DNA of 64,000 bases from Patescibacteria group bacterium (GCA_050947035.1 JBMNVW010000002.1:4820-68819); one strand, 5' to 3'; counted from the stretch's first letter, positions 29,281 through 40,059 are shown. Numbers and translations are program-made. Notes: generated by a model not told the origin, from the letters alone.

Positions 29281-29364
29281 TTTATATAAATTAAAGACAG
29301 TCCAACCCGTGAACCACGTCGGGTTCAGGGTTGTCCCGCACCCCATGTGGGTGTCAGGACAAAA

Positions 29365-29823
29365 TTAGAATATCACAAGGGCTGTTAAAAACGCAACTAA
29401 AAAAATAAAACCAACTAAATATCCTAAAAGCAGGCGATCAGAAATTTCAACATTGTTAAACAACTTCTTTTTTAAAATTGTCCGTCTTTTTTGATAATCA
29501 AAAACCAACTCCTTAATAAAAAAGAGGTTGACACCCAAAACAATCCCCGAAGCAATTAGGGTTTCATTAGAAACTACCAACCAAAAAGAAAACAATAAAA
29601 AACTCAATTGAAAAAGGGCAGAAAACAAAATAAGAGAAGCTTGAGAAGTTTTTACCAAACTAAGATAAACAGAAATTAAAAACCAACCAAACAACAACCC
29701 TAAAAGTAAATAAACTGCCCCCAACCAAGCCGCTAGACCATTGATGGCCAAAAAAGCAACCACAGCCAATAGGGTTCCAGGAAGATAAAGATAATTAAGT
29801 ACCCCGCCTTTTAACCTCATCAA
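29365..29823 (-). CDS. Hypothetical membrane protein
   Basis: Several hydrophobic helices, co-oriented with neighbours. Confidence 0.65.
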   Translation of the reverse strand: MMRLKGGVLNYLYLPGTLLAVVAFLAINGLAAWLGAVYLLLGLLFGWFLISVYLSLVKTSQASLILFSALFQLSFLLFSFWLVVSNETLIASGIVLGVNLFFIKELVFDYQKRRTILKKKLFNNVEISDRLLLGYLVGFIFLVAFLTALVIF

Positions 29824-29960
29824 CTTAAATTAAACAAAAAAAATCTCCTCTTGGCAAGAAAAAAATAATTTCTAACTGTCAAAATTTTCTAATAACCAAA
29901 TGATATTTAATTTTGGAACTCGGGCGCGAAAACCGCACCCCTACTTTGAATTGTCAATTG

Positions 29961-30809
29961 TTAACTGTCTTTACTCAGATATCGACAATATTTAGGCCAA
30001 AAGCGAAGTTTCTTTTTGGCCCATGGACCAGCATAATCAACTCCAACTCTCGGACCGGAATTTATTTTTTCCTCCGGTATTTTTTTGCCTTTTGCTAACC
30101 AGATCTTTTCTGATAAAACCAAATCCAAACCGTCGTGTTTTTGATCAATCTTTAAAAAAGAGGTTAGTTTTCCCGGGCCAACAGCAACCTTGCCCTTACC
30201 GCCAACAACAGGTTTTAACGAGCGAATTAAAACTGCTCCTGCTTTTCCTTTTTGATGGGCAACAACATTAAACATTTGATGTTGACCATAAATTAAATAA
30301 ATATAAGCCTGCCCTGGAGGGGAATACATCATTTTTGATCGACCCTGATTACCAAACCGAGCATGCGAAGCCAGGTCTTTTTTTCCTAAATAGGCTTCGG
30401 TTTCAGTAATTTCACCGGCTCGCAACACTCGAAACTGATCCTGAACAACTAAAATTTTTCCTAACAGCTTTTTAGCCACCAATTGAGGAGAGTGAAGATA
30501 AAAGTCTCTGGAAAGGCGATTTTTGGTTAATTTTTCCCGCCAGTGAGCTTGTTTTAGCTGCCACATAAATAGCCCACCCAAATTGCTCCCCTTACCGCTT
30601 TCCAATACTTGGTGCTTTATTCTTTCCAGCCTGGCGCGGGGTTCTTCCTTGGCTAACTTCATATAGAGAGCCTTGTGTTTTAGATCGCCCAAACTTTTAG
30701 CTAAATCATAGCCATATTTTTGGAATTCTCGGGAAATATACTTGTCCTCTTCTTTATCGAATCTTTTTAAAACGTCACTAATGGGGGTGAAATCGCCAAA
30801 TTTATTCAT
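29961..30809 (-). CDS. DNA-3-methyladenine glycosylase (MPG/AAG type) with an extra ~90-aa N-terminal domain
   Basis: VAKKLLGK, ITETEAY, AYIYLIYG, AVLIRS, GPGKL, GPRVGV in the C-terminal 190 aa. Confidence 0.88.
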   Translation of the reverse strand: MNKFGDFTPISDVLKRFDKEEDKYISREFQKYGYDLAKSLGDLKHKALYMKLAKEEPRARLERIKHQVLESGKGSNLGGLFMWQLKQAHWREKLTKNRLSRDFYLHSPQLVAKKLLGKILVVQDQFRVLRAGEITETEAYLGKKDLASHARFGNQGRSKMMYSPPGQAYIYLIYGQHQMFNVVAHQKGKAGAVLIRSLKPVVGGKGKVAVGPGKLTSFLKIDQKHDGLDLVLSEKIWLAKGKKIPEEKINSGPRVGVDYAGPWAKKKLRFWPKYCRYLSKDS

Positions 30810-30967
30810 AATAAAAGATACCCACGGGCAAAGCCCGTGGTTTTCGCCTTTCTTGAAATAAAGTACACAAATCTAACGGATTAGAAACGAATTTCACGAA
30901 ACACTAATTGTGTGTTTCCGATCCTTATAGTGATTTATTATTACTCTCAATTTCAAAAAACTAATAA

Positions 30968-31552
30968 TTAGTTTTGTCCACTATCCACCTTTGTCTTGGT
31001 CCCTCTAAATTTCTCCGTTCCATTTTTAATCGCCAAAACCAATTGCTTAGCCACCTCTTCTGTCACCTTTTTTAAAGAATTTCTTTCCTCTTGGGAAAAT
31101 TTTTCTAAAACAAAATCGGCCATCTTCCCTTCCTTTTCACTTTCCTCTGGCCGGCCAATACCAACTCTGGCTCGCCAAAAATCTTTAGTCCCTAAAGCTT
31201 CTATAACCGATTCCACTCCCCGATGACCAGCCGAACCCCGATTTTTATCAATTCTTATTTCGCCAAAACCAAGGTCTAAATCATCATTAACGAGTAACAA
31301 ATTATTAATATCAAGTTTATAAAAATCGACTAACTCTTTAACCGCTTGGCCGCTTAAATTCATAAAAGTTTGGGGTTTGGCTAACAAGAAGCCCTCGCCT
31401 CTTGCCTCCAAACAGCCAGTCTGAGAATTTTTTTGCCAACCTTTATTTGGGGAAATCTGGGGTAATAACTGATCTAGAACCAAGAAGCCAATATTATGTC
31501 TGGTTTCTTGATATTTCTCTTTCCAATTGCCTAAACCAACAATCGTCAACAT
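30968..31552 (-). CDS. pth: Peptidyl-tRNA hydrolase
   Basis: IVGLGN, TRHNIGF, KPQTFMNLSG, GSAGHRGV, RVGIGRP. Confidence 0.96.
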   Translation of the reverse strand: MLTIVGLGNWKEKYQETRHNIGFLVLDQLLPQISPNKGWQKNSQTGCLEARGEGFLLAKPQTFMNLSGQAVKELVDFYKLDINNLLLVNDDLDLGFGEIRIDKNRGSAGHRGVESVIEALGTKDFWRARVGIGRPEESEKEGKMADFVLEKFSQEERNSLKKVTEEVAKQLVLAIKNGTEKFRGTKTKVDSGQN

Positions 31553-31571
31553 AAGGTTATTTTAGCATGGG

Positions 31572-31644
31572 TGGACCGTACCGGAATCGAACCGGTCACC
31601 TCACCCATGCGAAGGGTGCGCTCTACCAAATGAGCTAACGGCCC
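31572..31644 (-). tRNA. tRNA-Ala(CGC)
   Basis: gggccgttagctcatttggtagagcg caccc tt CGC at gggtg aggtg accgg ttcgatt ccggt acggtcc a; G3.U70. Confidence 0.95.
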
Positions 31645-31846
31645 GAAATTAATTTCCAATTTTCAATTTCCAATAAATAACTAATGTTTTAATTTACAAT
31701 GAAAATTTAATAATTTTAAAACTGAAACCCATTTTCGTCATTCCTGAAATATAGTCCAGAGAACCATCAGAATGTCTCCTGGGAAACGGCCGAGTCAAAC
31801 TCGGCTGCGTCGCCCAGCTGGTTTCCAAAACCAGCTGGTCTCCTTG

Positions 31847-31933
31847 TGCCGCGGGAGGGATTTGAACCCACAAGATGGGGATACCATCACAGGTTTTTGA
31901 GACCTGCGTGTTTGCCAATTTCACCACCGCGGC
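31847..31933 (-). tRNA. tRNA-Leu(CAA)
   Basis: gccgcggtggtgaaattggcaaacacg caggt ct CAA aa acctg, long variable arm, gtggg ttcaaat ccctc ccgcggc a. Confidence 0.93.
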
Positions 31934-31995
31934 TAACTTAGTCTTTAGTCGTTAGACCTTAGACTTTAGCAGCTTAAAAAACCAACCTAATTATA

Positions 31996-32625
31996 TCACT
32001 CCCGGACAGCTAATATTCTTTTTACCTCTTCGTTGCTAACTTGATCAAAATTTTCATAAAACTGACTAACAGAAAAAAATAATTTGGGAGCCTTAAGGTA
32101 AATCACTCGATCAGCTTCTTTTTTAATTTTCTCCAAGGCCGCAGAAGAAATCACCGGCACGGCCACAATTACCTCATCGGGGTTTTCTTTTTTTACCTGC
32201 CTAATAGCAGCAATAATTGTTGCTCCCGTAGCCACCCCATCATCAACAATAACCACTTTTTTATTTACCAAAGAAGGCCAAGGCCAAGAAGAAAAAAATT
32301 TTTTTCTTCTTTTAACCTGGGCTACTCTTAAATCTATTTCTTGATTAAGATAACCTTGATCAATATTTAATTGGTCAATAAGCTCTTCGTTTAAAAAAAC
32401 TGAAGACCCGTCTTCTCCTACCGCCCCAATGGCTAATTCTTCGTTTTGAGGAGCAGAAAGTTTTTTAGTAATAACCACCAATAGAGGCCAACTAAGCTCT
32501 TGGTTTATCGAACTGCCAACAACTACCCCACCTCGAGGAATAGCCAAGAGAATAGCTTTATTTATTTTTTCCAAAACTAATTTTTGGGCCAACAGGCGAC
32601 CGGCCTCAAGTCGAGAAGAAAACAT
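31996..32625 (-). CDS. Phosphoribosyltransferase family protein
   Basis: LAIPRGGV, ELAIGAV, VIVDDGVATGAT PRPP-binding loop. Confidence 0.9.
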   Translation of the reverse strand: MFSSRLEAGRLLAQKLVLEKINKAILLAIPRGGVVVGSSINQELSWPLLVVITKKLSAPQNEELAIGAVGEDGSSVFLNEELIDQLNIDQGYLNQEIDLRVAQVKRRKKFFSSWPWPSLVNKKVVIVDDGVATGATIIAAIRQVKKENPDEVIVAVPVISSAALEKIKKEADRVIYLKAPKLFFSVSQFYENFDQVSNEEVKRILAVRE

Positions 32626-32637
32626 AATAAGTATAAA

Positions 32638-32973
32638 CTACTTTTTATCTAACTTAGCTAATTTTCCCAAAACAAAATCCACTACCCAGGGAATTTTATA
32701 CTCCTCTCCCCGATAGGCTTTAACAATCAAAAAAAGCCAACCAGCAAAAAAAAGAATATTCCAAGAGGGCAACAATATCGCCCAACCCAAAACAGGAATT
32801 AAGCCAAGCAGACCGTTTCCTAAAGCAAAAATTAAACATAAAATTAACGCCTGTTTCGAATGAAAGATAACTAAAGAAGAGGTCTCTTTGGTTGCTAAAA
32901 AATAAATTGCCGGAAAAAATAAATAAGCAAGAACCGCTCTCTGCCGTTCTGTTTCATTTTTAATAGTTGTCAT
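32638..32973 (-). CDS. DUF4870-like small membrane protein
   Basis: LAYL, FHSKQAL, LIPVLGW, KAYRGEEYKIP pattern. Confidence 0.75.
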   Translation of the reverse strand: MTTIKNETERQRAVLAYLFFPAIYFLATKETSSLVIFHSKQALILCLIFALGNGLLGLIPVLGWAILLPSWNILFFAGWLFLIVKAYRGEEYKIPWVVDFVLGKLAKLDKK

Positions 32974-33054
32974 TTTTTCACCTCCTTTATAAAAAAATTG
33001 TGTTTTCCGACCCTTGGGGTCGAATAGCTTCGGACCTATGGATCTAAAAGTTGC

Positions 33055-33942
33055 CTAGCCTAGGATTACCAGTAAAGAGAAAAAAAAGTAAAGCAATAGA
33101 ATCGCTCCTTCTCTTTTGTTAATCTCTTTTTTAGACCAAGAAAAAAAGTAAAAAAGAGCAAAACCAAACAAAAATAAAAGCACTGATCTAAGATAGCCTG
33201 TTAAGCTAACAACCTTAAAGGGAGACAAAAAAGCCATTAATCCCAAAATAATTGTGGTGTTAAAAACTAAAGGTATCAATAACCCGTCAAGGAAAACCAG
33301 GGGCTTTTTTTTCGTCAGTTCTAGATTAACTAAAACTTCCGGTAAACTAACTATTAAAGCTAGGGGCAATAACCCTAAGTTAAACAAAGATAGATTAATT
33401 TCTAAAGAGAAAAGGGCTAATAAAGATAATAGGAAAAAAATTATCGATAATAAAAATCCTAAAATCATCTGCCAATTAGCTTCGGGCCTTCTTTTCGTTA
33501 CCGCCTTGTAAGCCAAAAACGGCAAACGCCAGCGCCAGCCAAATAAGGCTGCCCCCACTATTAATAAGACTAAGCCCTCACTCTTGGAAAGTTGAAAATC
33601 TTTTAAAAAAATTAATGGCAAGGCAACAATTAAAAAAACGGCCAAAAAATCAAGCCGCAAATTTTTCACTTTCACCCTAACCTTATTCTTAAAAATTGCC
33701 ACCAAACCAGGAATAAGTAAAAAACTAATCAAGTTAACCCCCATAATCAAGCCTAAAACTGCTTCTCCCCAAGAAGAAAAGGCCAATAGCAAAACTAAAA
33801 AAACTTCCGGAGCAACCATTAATAGAAAAAGCCCCGACTCCAGGCTTACTTTTTTTCTTTTCTTGGGCGAAACCAACAAAAAAAGCGACCAAGAAAAAAA
33901 CAAAACAAATAAAAATAAAACAATAAACTGATTTAAAAACAT
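33055..33942 (-). CDS. Sodium/calcium exchanger-like membrane protein
   Basis: Two alpha-repeat-like motifs (APEV, SLPEV); ~10 TMs; INKREGAILL. Confidence 0.7.
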   Translation of the reverse strand: MFLNQFIVLFLFVLFFSWSLFLLVSPKKRKKVSLESGLFLLMVAPEVFLVLLLAFSSWGEAVLGLIMGVNLISFLLIPGLVAIFKNKVRVKVKNLRLDFLAVFLIVALPLIFLKDFQLSKSEGLVLLIVGAALFGWRWRLPFLAYKAVTKRRPEANWQMILGFLLSIIFFLLSLLALFSLEINLSLFNLGLLPLALIVSLPEVLVNLELTKKKPLVFLDGLLIPLVFNTTIILGLMAFLSPFKVVSLTGYLRSVLLFLFGFALFYFFSWSKKEINKREGAILLLYFFFSLLVILG

Positions 33943-34122
33943 CTTAATAAAATTTCTAATTACTAATTACTAATTTCTAATTTTTATTCAATTCTTAATG
34001 AAATTATTGTTAGATTGTTAAATTGTCGGGATTCTTCGTCCGCCAGCCGGCGGATTCAGAATGACGGAAAAGAAAACTTGTCATTCTGAACCCTATGTGG
34101 TTCATGGGTTGAACTTTCGGGT

Positions 34123-34150
34123 TCGGGCACTCACATGGGAGTGTCCCTAC
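34123..34150. repeat. GTAG-type REP (gtagggacactcccatgtgagtgcccga on minus strand)
   Basis: Copy at ~44855-44882; related tcgggcgcgaaaaccgcacccctac at ~29920-29944. Confidence 0.75.
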
Positions 34151-34213
34151 TTTTAACTTTAAATTTTTAATTGTCAATTGTTTTTTGGACTTTTAATTTT
34201 GAACTTTTAACTA

Positions 34214-36055
34214 TCAATTATTATTCTCCTGTATTTCCTTTAATTCTTCAAGTTCTCTTTTAGTTGTTGCTTGTTTGGGCAAGCGGTCAGAACGGAAACG
34301 AACTAAGCGAGGAAAGCGCAGGGCTAATCCAGCACTGTGTAAGGGAGAAACGGTGACGTTGTCCGCCTCAATTTCGACAACAATCTTCGGCTGACACCAA
34401 ATATCAGGGAAAAGATTCTTGTCGACTTTATAATTCTTTGGTTTTCTCTCAGCAATAGCCTGATCACAAAGAGATCTCATCTTTCGCCACTGGTCATCAG
34501 TTAACCCGGTACCAACCTTAGATACAGTCAAAAACCGATCGTCATCATATGTCTTTTTAATGCCCAGAAGGAAAGCCCCAATCCCAAATTCCGCCCGACG
34601 GCCTCGCCCTCGATAATACCCCATAACCACTCCATCAATAGTGTCAGAAAGGCCTCCTCCAGCTTTGCCTTTTTCCTGCTTAAATTTTACCCAAGTAAAG
34701 CCCCTCTTACCAACATCATAGGAACTGCGCCACTTTTTAACCACTACCCCCTCCAAACCTTTATTAATCTGCTTTTGATGATAAGTTTTTAATTCTTTCG
34801 GGTCATCAGTTAAAATCTGAGGAGATAGAAAGATTTTCTTTTTTTTGCCTTTTTGGGTAATCAGTTTTTTAAGAATTTTCCGCCTCTTATAAAAAGGGGT
34901 GTCAAGTAGACTTTGGCCATTAAAATATAAAATATCAAAACAATAATAACGAAGAGGGGTCTTGGCAATGGCTTCTTTAATCTGGTGTTTTCTTTTTCTT
35001 TGAATTGTTTTTTGAAAGGGTAGCAACTGGCCAGTCTTAGCATTATAGCCAATCACTTCTCCATCTAAAATTACACTCTTGGCCTCAATTTCTTTTTCTA
35101 TTCCTCGACTAATGTCAGGAAACATTTCGGCAATATCTTCCAGGCTTCTGGTAAACAACCAGGTTTTTAATTTTCCTTTTTGATGACGAAAATGAACTTG
35201 CAACCTGGTACCATCAAATTTAGGCTCCACGGCCACTAAATCATTATCATCATCTTCGGTAACCATTTTTTCAACCATTTCCTCAGCTCCAGATAGACGC
35301 TGGCAAAGGGCCAAATTAATAGGCACCCCCAAAGACACCGTCACTTTTTTTAATCCTGAAAGGCCATCTTCTTTGATAATTCGAGCAATATATCCAATAT
35401 CAGAATGAACGTTGTAGGCTGATTCAATTTCGTCTCTATGGCTTTTATCGCCTGATATTAGCCAGGAGAGGGCATCTAGAATAGTTAACTCAGAAAAACC
35501 AAGACGAAGACGACCAAGGGGAATACGAACCAAAAAACGCACCGACAGAGAGTCAATCGACTTTAATAAAGAAGCCATTAGAGCAACTTTTTGCTCCTGG
35601 CTCCCCTCTCCCCCTGAACAAGCAACAATCATCAAATAATCATAAATATCCTTAGTGCTTAAAGAAGATTTCTGTTTCAAGATTTTATCAGCCCGCGGGT
35701 CAATTGGGTCAATAGCAAGATCATCAAAAAGTCGATTGTCAAGTTGCTTTTGGCCTTTTTCTTTTAGGGTTTGGGCCACTGTTCCTAAATCGCCAACCGT
35801 TTTATACATCTGTCTGACTTCTTTTTGGGTAAAACCAAAAGAAGCCGACAACACCCTAATCATCATCTTGTCTGCTAAATCAAACTCTATCCTCTGATGA
35901 GGCGGAGCCAAATAACCCAAAATTAAATAACAAAGCTTATCGATCTGATCAGAGACTGCTTCCCGAAAAAGATCAGCCAAAATTTGAGTAATCTCCAAAC
36001 GAGAATCAGTTTTCTCTAATTTTTCTAAATAAACAGCTAAATCTTTAAATTTCAT
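34214..36055 (-). CDS. lig: ATP-dependent DNA ligase (with N-terminal DNA-binding domain)
   Basis: EPKFDG (motif I), LDGEV, FDILY, EGVVVK, WVKFK, LRFPR. Confidence 0.95.
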   Translation of the reverse strand: MKFKDLAVYLEKLEKTDSRLEITQILADLFREAVSDQIDKLCYLILGYLAPPHQRIEFDLADKMMIRVLSASFGFTQKEVRQMYKTVGDLGTVAQTLKEKGQKQLDNRLFDDLAIDPIDPRADKILKQKSSLSTKDIYDYLMIVACSGGEGSQEQKVALMASLLKSIDSLSVRFLVRIPLGRLRLGFSELTILDALSWLISGDKSHRDEIESAYNVHSDIGYIARIIKEDGLSGLKKVTVSLGVPINLALCQRLSGAEEMVEKMVTEDDDNDLVAVEPKFDGTRLQVHFRHQKGKLKTWLFTRSLEDIAEMFPDISRGIEKEIEAKSVILDGEVIGYNAKTGQLLPFQKTIQRKRKHQIKEAIAKTPLRYYCFDILYFNGQSLLDTPFYKRRKILKKLITQKGKKKKIFLSPQILTDDPKELKTYHQKQINKGLEGVVVKKWRSSYDVGKRGFTWVKFKQEKGKAGGGLSDTIDGVVMGYYRGRGRRAEFGIGAFLLGIKKTYDDDRFLTVSKVGTGLTDDQWRKMRSLCDQAIAERKPKNYKVDKNLFPDIWCQPKIVVEIEADNVTVSPLHSAGLALRFPRLVRFRSDRLPKQATTKRELEELKEIQENNN

Positions 36056-36066
36056 AAAAAGTGTTT

Positions 36067-37146
36067 TTATCTTAAAATATATTTTGCTCCTTTGGTTTTG
36101 CCTACCTTTCTGATTACTTTCTTTTTCCGTAAATCCTGAAACTCTCTTAAAATTGTGTCTTCAGACACCATCGACAAAATTGACCGCGCCGCCGCCATAT
36201 CAATCCCGCCATGAGCATTAATATATTCCATCAACTTAACTTGGCGACTCGATAGGCTAATTTGTCTGCCCCCCAAGCGCTTTCTTAAACGTCCGTCAAC
36301 CGATAGCCGCTCTATTTCTTCCTTAATCCTTTCTAATTCTACCGATAAAGCTTGAGAAAAAAATTCTAACCACTCAGTTAGGTCTCTTTTTTCTAAATTA
36401 CGAGATTGATCGGAAGTTTTTTTTAAAAAACTATAATAATCACCTAAGTTTTTATCAAAAAACTCCTCTAGAGAAAATAATCTTCTGATATCGTAGCCTT
36501 CGGCAAATAAAATCAGGTTGGCAAAGGCTCGAGAAGTTCGGCCATTGCCTTCCACAAAAGGATGAATGGCCACTAAAATATAATGGGAAATTCCTGCTCG
36601 TAAAACTGGATGCAAATCCCGACCCTCCTTAGAGTTTAAGAATTTAAAAAAGGAGGTAACTAAGTAGGGAACCTCCACTGCTGGTGGAGCCCGAAAAACA
36701 ACTGCTCCCGAAAGAGAGCGAACAACCACCTGATTTTTGCGATATTCTCCCGATTTTTCTGGTTCTAAAATTCTCTTAGCCACTAATTGATGAATTTTTT
36801 TTAAATCCTCCTTTTGATAAAAAATCTCTTTATTCTTTCTAGTTTTTTTCTTATCAATTAGCTCCTCAATAAAATCAACCACGTTTCGATAATTTATTAC
36901 CTCCTGGACATCTCTCTTCCCGGCTAAAATATCTTCTCCGGCCATAACCTGAGCCGCCTGAGATAAGGATAATTCATTACCCTCAATTCGCGTACCAAAA
37001 TGAACCGTCCTTAAGACCGCATCTTCCTGAAAACTTTTCTCATAAGAAGGAATTAACGGTGCCCGATCAATCACCGCTCGAGATGCCTCGATATGGCCAA
37101 TATTTGTCAAGATCTTTGGTGAGATGGTAAATTTAGGATAGAACAA
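36067..37146 (-). CDS. Fic family protein with C-terminal HTH
   Basis: HPFVEGNGRTSR Fic motif; TRIEGN. Confidence 0.92.
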   Translation of the reverse strand: MFYPKFTISPKILTNIGHIEASRAVIDRAPLIPSYEKSFQEDAVLRTVHFGTRIEGNELSLSQAAQVMAGEDILAGKRDVQEVINYRNVVDFIEELIDKKKTRKNKEIFYQKEDLKKIHQLVAKRILEPEKSGEYRKNQVVVRSLSGAVVFRAPPAVEVPYLVTSFFKFLNSKEGRDLHPVLRAGISHYILVAIHPFVEGNGRTSRAFANLILFAEGYDIRRLFSLEEFFDKNLGDYYSFLKKTSDQSRNLEKRDLTEWLEFFSQALSVELERIKEEIERLSVDGRLRKRLGGRQISLSSRQVKLMEYINAHGGIDMAAARSILSMVSEDTILREFQDLRKKKVIRKVGKTKGAKYILR

Positions 37147-37341
37147 GAGAAAATAGGTTAATTATTAACTACCTTCAGTATGTTGAATAATCTTTTAAAC
37201 ATTGAAATAGCCAAGCTTTAATATTGTTATATTGTTTCATTGCTAAATTGTTATTGAGCAAAACAAACGCAAAAAAAACAATCTAACAATACAACAATTA
37301 AACAATGTCTTTGTCTTAATTATAGTATAATAATAGGCATC

Positions 37342-37728
37342 ATGGTTAAAGAAAGAAAAAAAGAAACCGGCAAAGAAAACTTGACCGAAGAAGATACTCT
37401 CAAAATCCCCTTCTTGCCCGAACATCTCGATGAGCCCCACGAAATTAAAAATAAACTTCAAAAAGAACTGGAAGAATTTCAAAAAACCTTTATTAATGAG
37501 TTGGCCGGCCTTATTAGTTCTGCCTTTGGCTTATTGGCCGCCTTGGCCTGGCGTGGTGTTATCAAAGAGTTTGTTGAAGTTTATGTTAAAAGGCTATTAG
37601 GCGAAACGTCGGGCATGATTTCGGAGCTTATTTTTGCTCTTATCATTACTATCTTGGCTGTTGTGGTTACTTGGCGAATGACCAAACTAAAAAAGAAATT
37701 CTTTAGTAAAAAAAACAAAAAGAGATAA
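37342..37728 (+). CDS. Small membrane protein (DUF5654-like)
   Basis: LISSAFGLLAALAW and FALIITILAV. Confidence 0.7.
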   Translation: MVKERKKETGKENLTEEDTLKIPFLPEHLDEPHEIKNKLQKELEEFQKTFINELAGLISSAFGLLAALAWRGVIKEFVEVYVKRLLGETSGMISELIFALIITILAVVVTWRMTKLKKKFFSKKNKKR

Positions 37729-37781
37729 ACTTTCCTCTTCTTATTTACTTATTTTTTTTCTTTCTTTAATCAAAATAATTT

Positions 37782-40049
37782 ATGAAAAAGAAAAAAATTC
37801 CCATAATCAAAAAAATAACTTCTTTTTGGCCTTTAAAAACAAAAAGGAGCCAAAAATCCCGATCAAAAAAGAAAAAGAAAACAAAGAAAAAAACCAAACT
37901 CACCCCCACTAAAAAAAATGTCCTAATCAGCTTAGTTGTTGTTTCGACAATCCTGATAATTGCTTTTTATTTTTTAATTCTAAAAGACCTCCCCTCGCCA
38001 AAGGGTTTATCCCAAAACACCCCCTTTTCTACTTCAATATATGATCGCAACGGAAAATTGCTTTATGAAATTTATGTCGATAAAAATCGTCTTCCGATCA
38101 GGCTTGACCAGCTTCCCAACCATGTTAAAGAGGCTACCCTAGCCATTGAAGACCAAGATTTTTACCACCACTATGGTTTTTCTGTCCGGGGAATTGCTAG
38201 AGCTTTTTATAAAACTGTTTTTGGCCGCACCCTGCAAGGCGGCTCTACTATTACCCAACAACTAGTTAAAAATGCTCTGTTAACCCCGGAAAGAACCCTA
38301 ACAAGAAAAATAAAAGAAGCCTTGCTAACCGTAGTTACCGAAATAATTTATACCAAAGACGAAATATTAGAAATGTATTTTAATCAAACCCCCTATGGAG
38401 GAACGGCTTGGGGAATTGAAGCGGCTGCTCGTCGATATTTTGACAAACCCGCTTCTGAACTTAGTCTGGCTGAGGCGGCTCTTTTGGCGGGTTTGCCGGC
38501 TTCTCCGACCACTTATTCTCCTTTTGGCGCCCAACCGCAATTGGCAAAAAATCGTCAAGAATTAGTTCTTAATCGAATGATAGAAGTCGGTTTTATTTCT
38601 CAAGAAGAAGCCGATCAGGCCAAAGAAGAAGAGTTGGACTACGCCACCATAAAAGAACCAATTTTAGCCCCCCACTTTGTCATGTATGTCAAAGAGCAAT
38701 TGGTTGATATGTTTGGCCAAAAGCAAGTTGAGCAAGGTGGACTAAAAGTAACCACTTCTCTTGATTGGGAAATTCAAGAGGAGGCCCAAAAAATTGTTAA
38801 GGAAGAGGTCGAGGAGAGTCTCCAATACAATGTTACCAATGGCGCCGCTCTGGTCACCAATCCCAAAACAGGAGAAATTTTGGCTATGGTTGGCTCACGA
38901 GACTATTTTGATTCTGATCTTGGCGGCAACTTTAATGTTGTCACTAATGCTCTAAGACAGCCTGGTTCCTCAATTAAACCAATTAATTATGCTATTGCCC
39001 TTGATAAAGGAAAAATCACCGCCTCTACCCTTTTAATTGATGCTCCCACCTGTTTTATTCAAACCGGCCTTAAAACTTATTGTCCTAGCAATTACAACAA
39101 CAACTTTAACGGCCTTGTTCAAGCTCGCTTTGCTCTAGGTAATTCCTACAATATTCCCGCTGTCAAAGTTCTAGCTCTTAACGGCCTTGATATCTTTATT
39201 GAAGAGGCCAGAAAGTTTGGTATTACCACTTTTAATGATCCTAAAAATTATGGTTTATCTCTAACCTTAGGAGGCGGAGAAATAAAAATGACCGATATGG
39301 CCACTGCCTTTGGGGTTTTGGCTAATTTGGGTGTCAAAAAAGATTTGGTCGCCCTACTAGAAGTAACCGACAAAAACGGCCAAATTCTTCTTGATAATCA
39401 AGATGTTCTCGGCCAAGTTGGCCAAAGAGTTATTAGTAAAGAAGCCGCTTATATTACTTCTCATATTTTACTTGATAACGGCGCTCGAAGCGCTGTTTTT
39501 GGCCCTTATTCTTACTTGGTTGTTAAAAACCACCCGGAAGTATCAGTTAAAACTGGCACCACCAATAACCTGCGAGACAATTGGACCATTGGTTATAATC
39601 CGTCCCGATTGGTAGCGGTTTGGATTGGCAACAATGACAATACTCCGATGAGAAGTGTTTCTTCCGGAGCAATTGGCGCCTCTTCTATTTGGAATAGAAT
39701 TATCACCTTTGCTTTTGAAAAAGACGAACTGCCTGAAGAATGGCCCTCTAAGCCGGAAAATGTTATCGGTGCCTCCGTTTGTTCTTTATCAGGTAATTTG
39801 CCGGGAGAATCAGGCTGTGAAACCAGGTTTGAATACTTTATAAAGGGGCAGTTGCCAGCTGTTGAAGAAAGTAAAATAGAAACAGTTCTCATTAATAATG
39901 ATACTGGTGCCCTAGTCAAACCCGGAGAAGAAGCAGAAAACGTTGAGCATCAAGAAAAAAATATTATTCGTGACCCATTGGGAGCGATTTTTTGCCTAGA
40001 TTGTCCTAATTCTGGCCAACCCGATCTAATTCATTATCCCCTAAGATAG
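37782..40049 (+). CDS. Class A penicillin-binding protein (PBP1A family)
   Basis: EDQDFYHH, GGSTITQQLVKN, RKIKE; transpeptidase SSIK, SYN, KTGT. Confidence 0.95.
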   Translation: MKKKKIPIIKKITSFWPLKTKRSQKSRSKKKKKTKKKTKLTPTKKNVLISLVVVSTILIIAFYFLILKDLPSPKGLSQNTPFSTSIYDRNGKLLYEIYVDKNRLPIRLDQLPNHVKEATLAIEDQDFYHHYGFSVRGIARAFYKTVFGRTLQGGSTITQQLVKNALLTPERTLTRKIKEALLTVVTEIIYTKDEILEMYFNQTPYGGTAWGIEAAARRYFDKPASELSLAEAALLAGLPASPTTYSPFGAQPQLAKNRQELVLNRMIEVGFISQEEADQAKEEELDYATIKEPILAPHFVMYVKEQLVDMFGQKQVEQGGLKVTTSLDWEIQEEAQKIVKEEVEESLQYNVTNGAALVTNPKTGEILAMVGSRDYFDSDLGGNFNVVTNALRQPGSSIKPINYAIALDKGKITASTLLIDAPTCFIQTGLKTYCPSNYNNNFNGLVQARFALGNSYNIPAVKVLALNGLDIFIEEARKFGITTFNDPKNYGLSLTLGGGEIKMTDMATAFGVLANLGVKKDLVALLEVTDKNGQILLDNQDVLGQVGQRVISKEAAYITSHILLDNGARSAVFGPYSYLVVKNHPEVSVKTGTTNNLRDNWTIGYNPSRLVAVWIGNNDNTPMRSVSSGAIGASSIWNRIITFAFEKDELPEEWPSKPENVIGASVCSLSGNLPGESGCETRFEYFIKGQLPAVEESKIETVLINNDTGALVKPGEEAENVEHQEKNIIRDPLGAIFCLDCPNSGQPDLIHYPLR

Positions 40050-40059
40050 ATTCCTTTCC

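Noticed and set aside
31694-31927. 77-aa ORF
   Set aside because: Overlaps tRNA-Leu and downstream hairpins
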